64,000 nucleotides of DNA, taken from the human T2T-CHM13v2.0 reference genome, Homo sapiens. Positions within the stretch are counted from its first letter, which is position 1. The number at the start of each line of letters is the position of its first letter. Under the pieces are notes generated by a model. That model ran no database searches, was not told the DNA's origin, and was given only the letters and a program-made list of their open reading frames with translations. Where the stretch lies: the NCBI RefSeq assembly GCF_009914755.1, contig NC_060926.1. One strand, given 5' to 3'. Made by a program: the position numbers and the translations under genes. Positions 53,561-64,000 of the stretch are shown here, piece after piece.

Positions 53561-55913
53561 GTTTTGTTTGGTTTCGTTTTTTAATAGACATTATTTTTAG
53601 AGTAGTTTTAGATTCACAGCAAAATTGAGGGGAAGGTATAGAAATTTCCTACATACTCCCCCACCCCCATCTGTACATTTCTTACAATGATGAGCCTACA
53701 TTGATACATCATTATCACCCAAATCATAGTTTACATTAAGGTTTATTCTTCCTATTGTAGATTTTATGGGATTGGAAAAATGTATAATGACATGTATTCA
53801 CCATTATATTATCATACAGAGCAGTTTCATGTCCCTAAAATTGCTTTGTGCTCTGCCCATTCTTCCCTCCCTCCCCACTAACCCCTGGCAACCACTGATC
53901 TTTTTACTGTCTCCACAGTTTTGCCTTTCTCAGAATGTCATAGACTTGGAATTATACTGTAGGCAGCCTTTCCAGATTGATTTTTTTTTTTACTTAGTAA
54001 TATGCAGTTAAGTTTCCTCCATGTCTTTTTAAGGCTTGATAGGTCATTTCTTTTTATTACTAAATAAAAACATTGGATGTATCACAGTTTATTTATCCAC
54101 TCACCTACTGAACGATATCTTGATTACTTCTAACTTTTGGCAATTATGAATACAACTACGATAAACATCTGTGTGTAGGTTTTTGAATGGACATAAGTTT
54201 TTTACTCCTTTGGGTAAATACCAAGAAACGTTCTATGAACTGCATATTGGTGTTCCCCCAAAGCTTATATGATGAAACCGAAACCTCCAAAGTGATGGTT
54301 TGGAAGATGCAGCCTTTGGGAGGTGATTAGGTCATGAGGATGGAGCTGTCATGAATGGGATTGATGGCCTTATAAAAGACTCTTCAGAGAACTCCTTTGG
54401 CCCTTCTGCCATGTGAGGACATATCAAAAAGATAGTCACCTATGAACCAAGAAGCAGAACCTCACTGGACACAGAATCTGCTAGTGCCTTGATTTTGAGC
54501 TTCCCAGCCTCTCAAAGTATAGGAAATTAATTAAGCCACATTGTCCATGGTATTATTATTGTAGTAGCCTGAATGAACTAAGACAGAGTATGATTGCTAG
54601 ATTGTGTGTTAAGAGTATGTTTAGTTTGGTAGGAAACTGCCAGCCTGTCTTCCAATGTAGCTGTACCATTTTACATTCACACCAGCAATAAAGGGAGTTC
54701 CTGTTGCTCTACATTCTTGCCAGCATTTGGTGGTGTTGGTGTTCTGGACTTCAACCATCCTAATAGTTGTGTACGCATATTTCATTGTCATTTTAATTTG
54801 CATTCCCATAATGACACATGATATTGAATATGTTCTCATATCTTTATTACTCATCGGTATATCTTCTTTTGTGACGTATCTATTAATGTCTTTGGTCTAT
54901 TTTTTAACTTATTGTTGAGTTGTAAGGATTTTTATGTATATTTTGCACAACAGTCTTTTATCAGAAATGCCCTTTGAGGATATTTTGTCCCGGTCTGTGG
55001 TTTATCTTTTCATTCTCTTGACAGTGACTTTTCCAGAGCAGACATTTTTATTTATAATGAAGTCCAACTTATCAATTTTTTAATGAACCATGCATTTGAT
55101 GTTGTATCTAAAAAGTCATTACCATGCCCAACGTCATTTAGTTGGTTTTCTATATTACCTTTTAAGAGTTTTGCATTTTCCATGTAGGTCTATGAGACAT
55201 TTAGATTTATTTGGAGGAAAAGTAAGGTCGGTGTCTACATTTTTTTTTTTTGCATGTGACTGTCCAGTTGTTCCAGCACCATTTCCTGAAAAGACTATCT
55301 TCTCTCCATTGTGTCGCCTTTGCTGTTTTATCAAATGTCAATTAACTATATTTATGTGGGTCTATTTCTGGGCTCTCTATTCTGTTCCATTAATCAATCC
55401 GTTCTCTGACCAATACCACACTGTCATGATTAATGTCGCTTTATAGTAAGGTTTAAGGTTTGGTGGTGTTCGTCCTCTGACTTTCCTGTTTTCCTTCAAT
55501 ATTCTGTTGACTTTTCTGGGTCTTTTGCCTCTCCATATAAACTTTTGAGTCAGTTTATTGATACCACCATAACATGTTGCTTGGGTTTTGATTGGGATTG
55601 CATTGAAACTATAGATCAAGTTGGGAGGAATGGACTTCTTAGCAATGTTGAGTCTTCCTACCCATGAACATGGCATCTCTCTCCATTTGTTTAGTTTTTC
55701 TTTGATTTCTTTCATCAGAGTTTTGTAGTTTTTCTCATATAGATCTTATACATTTTTTAAAATTTCTACCTAGGTATTTTATTTGGGGGTGGTGCTAATG
55801 TAAATGGCATTGTGTTTTTAATTTCAAATTCCACTCATTCATTGCTGGTATATGGGAAAGTGAGTGCATTTTGTATATTAACCACGTATCTTGAAATCTT
55901 GCTTTAATTGCTT
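53561..55913 (-). mobile_element. 5'-truncated L1MC1-like element
   Basis: Minus ORF 55377-55715 (PCSWVGRLNI..NAIPIK); 3'UTR tttagattcacagcaaaattgag; TSD agct(a/g)cttgttt at 53549-53560 and 55914-55925. Confidence 0.9.
54231..54585 (+). mobile_element. MLT1A-like LTR nested in L1MC
   Basis: tgttcccccaaag...tttgggaggtgattaggtcatgag...gaactaagaca. Confidence 0.88.
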
Positions 55914-57107
55914 AGCTGCTTGTTTTTATAAATAAAATTATACTGGAACACAACCATGTGCACTAGTATTGTCTGTGGCTGCTTTCTAGCTACAACAGCA
56001 GAACTGAGTAAATGCAACAGAGCTTCTATGGCCTCCAAGCCTGAAATATTTATGTTACTGATAATAATTTTATTCTTTTTCCATCATCTTAATTGCATGC
56101 ATCTCACTCTCCTGACTCTACCTTCTATCTTTCCAGCTTAGTCCCTCTAGACTCCTAATTCCAGCAATTTTATCACACCTTTGGGCTTTCAATACATCAA
56201 TACAACATCCAGCTTCATTTTTAGTGACTTCTTTCTTCCATTTCTTACCCAGCTTCTACTCCATGATTCATCTTTGTAATCATTCCTTTTCATACATTCT
56301 CTTTCTTTTCATAATATTTACTTGGAAAAAATTTCAAGCATGGATAAATGTAATTCTCCATCTGCTTTGTGCCTAAAACTCTGCAGTTGACTATAACTGG
56401 AGAAAAACACAGAACCATGTTCACTGGTTTCTCTTTCACTTCGTGATAACAGAACTTAAATAAATTTTAAGTTTAAAAAGAAACTATTTTATTTCTCTAA
56501 CAAATTCATTCTCCTCAATGCCTACTTCATACTTTCTGCATCCTCTTCAAAGTATCATACCTCCCCCCATGTCTCAACAAATGAGTGAAAATAGAAGTAA
56601 TCAGAAAAGACATTCCACATCCTCCTACCATATCTACCCACTTACCAAAATCTGAGCTCTTATGCTGTTTTTTTTTTTTTTTTTTGCTCAACATATTAAA
56701 CTGTCTATGCTCCTATGTGAAAACTTATCCACTCAATCCCTTTTCTTTCTAGACACCTCAAGTATGTCATTACAGAAATTGTCCTTTCTCCTTCCCCCAC
56801 ACTATTATTACTCCCTCTCTACTGGATGATCCCCATCAACAACCAAACATGCTGTAATGCTGTAATTCCTCTCATTTTAAAATAAAAACATTCTCTTGGC
56901 TACATATTACCTTTCCATTTTTCTGCTTCCCTCTATTAACACTCCCTAAGAGTAGTCTATAATCAATATCTCTACTTCATTGTTTTCTCTGCTTTCTTGA
57001 AGGCAATCTAATAAACTTTATCCCAAACACTCTACTGAAACCAGTCTTCTCAAGGCCACTGATGCTAATTCCAATAGTCAAATACAGCCCTCATGTTACT
57101 TAACTTT

Positions 57108-57600
57108 CAGGATAATTAGCTTGGGTTTTTTCCTATGCAGACCGTAAGACAAGAGTTCAAAGGCAGGTAGTTTACTTAGGAATCATAGGGAACACTAATA
57201 GGTGAGTGGGAAGTGGTACAGGAAAGAAAAGCCAGACAATGAAGAGTATATTATTAAAACAGCCATCACTGGAATTAAGTTCCATGAGGAAACACATAGA
57301 AAGGGTATGAACACTCATCTCAGCATTATTTCCACCTAAGGATCTAGAGAGCTGGGGTACTTATACAGTGGCTCCCTCAAGTCATTGGTTAAGGCCTTCT
57401 GAATGGCAGAGTTATATTAATTAACCAGCATTTCTGGCCTGGTTTATGCTTGGGCAGAGTGAATTTCCTTGGTTTTGGAAACAATCCTTAGGTACAAAGA
57501 TGTGGAAATCCTTAGGTACAAAGAAGCTGAAAGTTGGCAGGAATGCTCTGAATAGCAAGGTCCAAGGATGTGAGTGAAGCACCTATGGCATCTGTTAAAA
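57108..57600 (-). mobile_element. ERVL LTR (LTR16/LTR67-like) inside L2
   Basis: gcagaccgtaagacaagag...gagctggggtacttatac...gtcattggttaagg...ggcatctgttaaaa. Confidence 0.55.
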
Positions 57601-58939
57601 CATGCTCATACTCCCTCTTGAAATATTTTCTTCAGGTGGCTAGAAAGAACACAGACTCCTGGTTTCCCTTTTACTTTTCTGGTCTCTTTTTTTTTCTCCT
57701 TTGTTTCTTTCTCCTCTTCTAGCCAACCACTGAATGTTCTCTCTGTTATCTACACACACTCCCAAGGTAATCATATCCAGTTTCTATATGTTGATGTCTT
57801 CAAAATGTACAACTTTAACCTAGATCTTTTCTTTATTTGACAAACTGTCTACCTGACATCTTCACTTGGTTGTCCAAGAGTTATCTCAAAGATACCATGT
57901 CTGGGACTTGGTCTCCCTATCATCTTCTTTATCTCAATGGCATTCCCATTTTTCAAATTCCTCAAGTCAAAAACCTTGGAAGCTAGATTAACTCATTTCT
58001 TTCCCTCATACTCACATGCAATGCATCCATAAATTCTATTAGATAAACATTCCAAATATAACTTAGAATCTAACCACTTCTCACCATCCCCAACATTAAC
58101 AACCCAGTCCCATATTCTGTCAACTAAATAATTATAATAAGCTTTTAATGTGTTTTCCTCTTTTCATCTTCACTTCTCCCTCCCGACACACACGCACGTA
58201 TGCACATACAAATACACAATCTATTTTCAATATGGCAGATAGAGTGTGATCTTTTTAAAGCATTAGTTAGATCAAGTAATTACTCTCTTCAAAACTCAAT
58301 TTTTTTTATCTCATTGAGAGTAAACGTTTGTCTTTATACAATCCAGCTTCTACTACCTTAATGATCTCATCGGCCACCACATCCTTCTCCCTTACTTTGC
58401 TCTGGCAATTGTGTCCCTCACTATTACTGAAACACTAGTTACACTCATAAGTCAAGACCTATAAATTTGCTGGTCTCTTTGCTGGTCTCTTTCCCCCCAG
58501 TGTTGCCATGGCTCATGCCTCACCTCCTTCAGATTTCTGCACAAATGTTTCTGTAACAGTAACCATCCTATAAAAAACAAAACAAACAAACAAAAAACCC
58601 TACCCCCAGCAGTAGTCCCTCTCCTCTTTCCCTGCTTTAATTATTATCTGACATATTATAATGTATATTTTATTTGTTTACTTGTCTCTCCTCACCTGAA
58701 CATAAGCTCCATAAAGACAAACATTTTTCTCTGTTATTCACCACTGTATCTTCAGACCCTAAAATAGTGCATGTCACAAGGTTGGCATTCAAATAACACT
58801 TGGTAAATATGTGAAGGAATGAATGAAGAATAATTGAAATTAGCAATTAGCATTATACAATGGAACATGCTCATATTATATAATTATAAACAAATTCAAA
58901 TAAGAGGAGCCCTGTCTATAACAGGAAACTTATTCCCAG

Positions 58940-59434
58940 GGTGAAGAACTGAGAAGGGTCTAAGATTTTACCCTGCTAGAAAGACAAAAAGTTTTCTTGT
59001 CATTTTCCTCTATGCTGGGAGAAAGCACAAGGCTCTGGATTCAGAGACAAAGGACTTTATAACTCTCAGCATGGCAGGCAGCATAATCTTCATGTTTGTA
59101 TTGGTTCCCCTTGGCCTCTAAATCACATGACAATGTTATAGAAGGGAGCCCAGGTAGATTCTGTGCACACAGTGTGTTTGTGTCATAGCTGAGGAATCCT
59201 GAGCATAGGAAACCCCATCTTACAAGGGAACTGTTAGCGAACCTGCCCAAAGCTCTGCCCAGAGGGAGACATTTTCTTTTTATTCTGGATAGAAAATCAA
59301 TCTGCCCTCTGCTATGGTCAAAAACACTCTCTATTTTCCAAGTTTGTTCATTATGCAAACATCTTTGACAAGATATCCTGGAATAAAAATTATCACAGAA
59401 TGTGCAGAAATGTAAGGGAATTGTCTTCTAAGCA
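58940..59434 (-). mobile_element. LTR40-like ERVL LTR
   Basis: gggtctaagattttaccc...cagagacaaaggacttta...ggaattgtcttctaagca. Confidence 0.7.
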
Positions 59435-59449
59435 GATGTTTTCATTGTT

Positions 59450-61230
59450 GTATTCTACCAAACATTTAAAAAAGAAATTATACCAATTCTACATAATTTC
59501 TCCAGAAAAATAGAAAAGGATGGATTAAAACCCAACATATTATAAGTGGCCAGAATAACACACAAAACTGACGAGTAGAGAACAAGACATAAAACTACTA
59601 GCCAATACCCATTATGAAATTCACCAACAAAAATTATTAACAAAATGTTAACTAATGAAAACCAGCAATAAATTTTAAAAATAACACATTATGACAAAGT
59701 GGGATTGACTCAGGAATGCAAGGTTAGTTCAATATTGAATGCCAATTTTGGTAATTTATCATATTAATTGGTACAGTTATTAATTGTACCAATTATTATG
59801 ATTGCCTAGTTTTTCTTCTTTAGTCTGTTAACGTGATGGAGGTTGACAAAATTTAACATCCATTCAGGACAAAAACTCTTAGCAAATGAGGAATAGAATG
59901 AAACTTCCCTAACCAGATAAAGGAAATGTAAAAACAAAAATTTTTAAAAAACGCATACACAGCTAACATCATAAAATCAGTCACAAGGCAAGGATGTCCA
60001 TCCTCACAGCCCCTATTCAATGTTTTATTGGAAGGCCTAGCCAGTGAAGTAAGAAAAAATTAAGTAAAATGCATACAGTTTAAAAATGAAGAGATAAAGC
60101 TATTCCTATACAAACCTGTACTTGACTATTTATAACAATTTTACTAACATCAGCCCGAAACTTAAAAACAAGGTGAATGTCCTTTAAAAAGTAAATGACA
60201 TTCTTTGATACATACATGCAATAAAATAGTATTCAGCAATAGAAAGGAACAAGGTATAGTTTTACACAACAACATGGATGAATCTCAAAGGCAGTTTTCT
60301 GAATGAAAGAAGCCAATCTCAAAAGGTTATAAACAATATGATTCTATTTATATGTTATCTTGATGTGTATGCATATATAAACCCACAGTCTATTTTCAAT
60401 ATAGCAGATAGAGTGATCTTTTTAAAGCAGTAGTTAGATCAAGTAATTCCTCTCTTCAAAACTCTTCAATGGTTTTTTATCTCATCTTGACCCTGAGGAT
60501 GAAGAACACATCAGTGGTTCCCAAAGGTTAGAAAAGGAGGAAGTGTTTGACTACAAATGGGCATCAAAAAGGAGTATTTCGGAGTAATAAAACCATTCTA
60601 TATCCTGAATATTGTGTTAAAATTCATAAAACTGCACACCAAAAAATAAAAGTTAACTTACACACATAAATTTTCAAATGAGTTTTTAAAGATTAAGCAT
60701 ACATCTCACCTATGACCCATCAATTGCACTCTTAGCTATTTACCATGATAAGTGAAAATATTATGCCCACAAAAGGCTTGTACTTAATTGCCTTATTCGT
60801 AGTAACCAGAAACTGAAAACAGAATGGATAAACAAATTGTGATTTTTGTATAATGAAATACTACTAAGAAATAAAAAAGAACAACACAAATGAATCTTAA
60901 AATTCACTTAAAAATATTATTAAGTGAAAGAAGCCAGGCACAGAACATATGCATTTATAATTCATCTTATAAATCATTCTATTTATAAGAAATCCAAAAT
61001 CAAACAAAACTTTATATACACGTAAAACTAGAAATCAGAACATTGATTGACTTTGTGCACATGAAAAAGGGGGAGGAGTCTGGAATTAATTTCAAAAAGG
61101 ACATGAAGGAAATTTCAAGGTGATAGGTATGTTCTATATATTGCTTTGGGTAATGATAATGTGGGTATATATCATCAAAACTCATCACACTAAACATGTA
61201 TACTTAGATATAAAATAAAATAAAGCTAGA
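59450..61230 (+). mobile_element. Degenerate L1M ORF2 and L1ME-type 3' fragments
   Basis: ctaccaaacatttaaaaaagaa...caggaatgcaaggttagttcaa; acaacatggatgaatctcaaa...gaaagaagcca. Confidence 0.75.
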
Positions 61231-64000
61231 GAAAAAAACCTACATAAATTTTGAAATTAAATGGGGGGCACTCTAATAGCTTTAACCTTGTATTGACCAC
61301 AAACATAAAATTGAGCACATGTGAAGGGGTGGGGATCAAAAAGTCGGCATTCGTCATGAATGCCCTAACAAGTTATTCATTCTTTAAATGAAGTTTATTA
61401 AAATTACTCACCTTAATTAATTTCAACTTCTTGGGCTAATAAGAGCTGAATCTTGTTTTTGACATCTAATGGTGCCTTCTAAATTATATGTGAGACAAAG
61501 TCACTACATGCATATGCAGTGATTGCTTATAAAACACGTGCTATTTGTTTTGGCTATAAGAGGGAAATCCTGTATGGATTATTTGAAAAATATTTCCTTT
61601 TTTTCCTCTCTCTCTCTCCTTGATTTAAGGGTATAAAAATCTTATACCCATAGGCATGAGATTTTAATTTCCTTTATGTTAACTACAGCTTTTCAAGGTA
61701 CTTCCAGTTCGTTGGGTCAAAAAGGAAATGAGAAGTATTTGGAAATAATTCATCCCTGTAATGCCGGGGCCTCCAGTGAATGGGGTACCTGCCCCAGAGC
61801 ACCACCAGCCTAGCTTTCCTTGTCAGTGATGTTAAGTTGCCAACACCATTGTTATGTCAGTGGAGACAATACGGCTGCTGCCAACCCAAGTAGTCACACT
61901 CACTCAATACTACCTCCCTTTCCCAGCAGAAATTCCCCTTAACTGTGGAAAGTTCTGCTGAGATGAATGTGTGTCAAAGGGAAAATTAAGAGAAGAGCAA
62001 AGATAAGAATTATACAATACAAATTTAAACAAACAAAGATGACTTACATCCTTTTGAAAAAAACAAGTAGCTAAAAAATAGCAGCCCATGGGCCATGATT
62101 TCCCCCACCTGGACTTGAGGCAGTTATCGCTAAAATCTCATTTGTTCCTGCTATGCCTGGATAGAAACTCTGAATCATCCTCCTCTCACAATGTCGGGAA
62201 AACACTACCAACTGGTTAAAATTGGTACGCAAGGAAAAATTTATTTACCATCCTATGAGAGATTTATGCTAACTTTACAGCGAAAATTTCTGAAAGTTAT
62301 TTGATACCAGTATTGTTTATTGAAATAAACTTTAGGAGGCATTTAAAGAATTGGTTCTCATATATTTGGGTTACATAACATATATCTCCTGCAAAGACCA
62401 GATCAGACCCATTTGAAACCTGAGAGTGCTGCCTTAAAAGGAATTCCCAAATTTCCATAAAATAATTAAACTACTCCCTATCTTCCACCCCCAACCACAC
62501 CACAAAACTCAAACCCCACCCACCACAAACCTCACGCACACTTTTCCAAGATTTCTGTATTTATGTCAGCACACTAAGGTAATGTGAAATATAGTGTGGA
62601 CTCTAAAGCTCGAAAAGTGTAATGAAACTGTTAATTTAACATCAAACTTCTGCTCATACAAATTGTTCCCGATTGCCTGTGGAGCTACTCCCATTGTCAG
62701 TAACGAAAGCTTTATATGTAATCGAAGAGCAATGCACAGCCTAAGAAATTTCAATCGCTTTAAGTGAGCATTTTAAATTATAAGACTCTTTTTCTAGTTC
62801 TGCAAACAAAACATCTACTATGGCTTATGTATTTAGGTTTCTCAGGAAAATTCAAATTGATATTATTTGTAAATGTTAAAATATTATAATTTGAAGAAAT
62901 CATGTAAGGCATCAATTGGATACGATGTAAGAAAGCAAATGTTAGGTTCAATGAAAGATACACAAATTACAGTTTTAACTTCCAAGCTATTACAAATCTA
63001 TCATGCAGCATTTTCGTCTCAGATATACTATGAAATTAAAGATTATTTTACTTGCTGCAATTACACAAAAGCACAGCCATTATGAAGGTATTGTTTTTCA
63101 TGCATGTAGTCTAGTTTTAAAGATTTGTTTATTTTGTTTTGTATTTAAAGAAAAGGCATTATCTGCTCAATTGCCTAGCAAGAAGGTTTTACAAATTTCT
63201 TTCAAGTTCCCATAGAAATGCATTGATTAGAGAATAATTTCTGTTAATATTTTCTTCTGTTCCAGACTCCTCTGCTTGCTTAAACTAACAGGGCACCTGC
63301 CCCTTGCCATCGTTTTCATCTTTTGTTCGGCTCAGTAGGTTACCTAACTGGTGGATTTTATTGAGTTAAATCAAGCTGTCACTTCATCTGCCTGAAGGAT
63401 GACTCAAATACTACACATAATAATAAAAGAAAAGTAGGATAAAATAATCTTGTCAAGCCAGAAAAACTGATTGCTTGAAGTTGTAGCCTTCAATCAATAC
63501 ACTAATTCCACAATTTATACCTTTTTCAATTGGAGGGGAAAGAAACCCTGATATGGTATTTCTTGGCTCACTGACCAACTTTGACCTTCTATCTATGTGA
63601 ATGTAGGATTAACAAGGATTTTTGCTTAGTGAAATCACCTATGAAAATAAGAAAACAAACGTGCACATTTGTGGCTCCAAATAACTATTAATTTCAGAAA
63701 TGCAAGAAATGCCCAGTGTTTATTTACTATGTCTACTAAAATGAAGATTTTCTTTAGCTCCAGGTGAATGGCCTTTACTATTTAAAAATAATTTAAAGCT
63801 AGAATCGGTGCAACAAAACACCTTAAAATTTGGCATGGTATAATCTCCTAAAGATTTTTTTTCATTTGATCTATTTATTAATAGCTTATGCAAAAGAATA
63901 GATAACTAAGCAATATACCACTCTTTCTTTCAAATTGTATACTTGTTTGGTTTCTTACAAAATCTGTCATCTATGGTAAAATAGTCATACCATTCTACTG

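Larger units (their letters stand above)
53520..56050 (+). mobile_element. MER58A-like DNA transposon (53520-53560 and 55914-56050) split by L1MC
   Basis: aggggttggcaaacta start; resumes tgtttttataaataaaatt...ggaacaca...ggctgcttt...aagcctgaaatattta. Confidence 0.75.
53330..58826 (+). mobile_element. Long L2a (53330-53519, 56070-57105, 57600-58826) hosting several insertions
   Basis: Pyrimidine-rich L2 body; 3' end taagctccataaagac...ctgtatcttcagaccctaaaatagtgc...gaatgaatgaa. Confidence 0.75.

Noticed and set aside
57483-57524. 18-bp direct repeat aatccttaggtacaaaga x2
   Set aside because: Small local duplication inside a decayed LTR

Overview
AT-rich, CpG-poor human genomic DNA (a human-specific AluYa5 is present), intronic or intergenic in character. 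I can support no protein-coding gene: the recognisable ORFs in the track are decayed LINE-1 ORF1/ORF2 pieces or antisense repeat frames, and the rest look like chance. More than half of the window is transposon-derived. Main elements: a ~16 kb multiply nested and rearranged L1 cluster (2.6-18.5 kb, also holding three Alus and a THE1 LTR), a full-length minus-strand L1PB (42.9-49.3 kb) inside an L2, a four-level L2>MER58>L1MC>MLT1A nest (53-59 kb), and scattered MIR, L2, MER5, MLT1, LTR33, LTR16-like and LTR40-like relics. Repeat-poor stretches (~20-26.7, 28-37, 49.6-53 and 61.2-64 kb) contain only candidate regulatory and splice motifs. The most notable observations are a ~120 bp locally templated insertion (58.2 kb copied to 60.4 kb), an internal L1 inversion with a near-exact breakpoint, an AluYa5 with an expanded internal A-run, and a TATA/first-exon-like unit plus clustered AG|GTRAG sites on the + strand. 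I found no convincing new biological system. Subfamily names come from recalled consensus sequences, boundaries are approximate, and I could not identify the locus.
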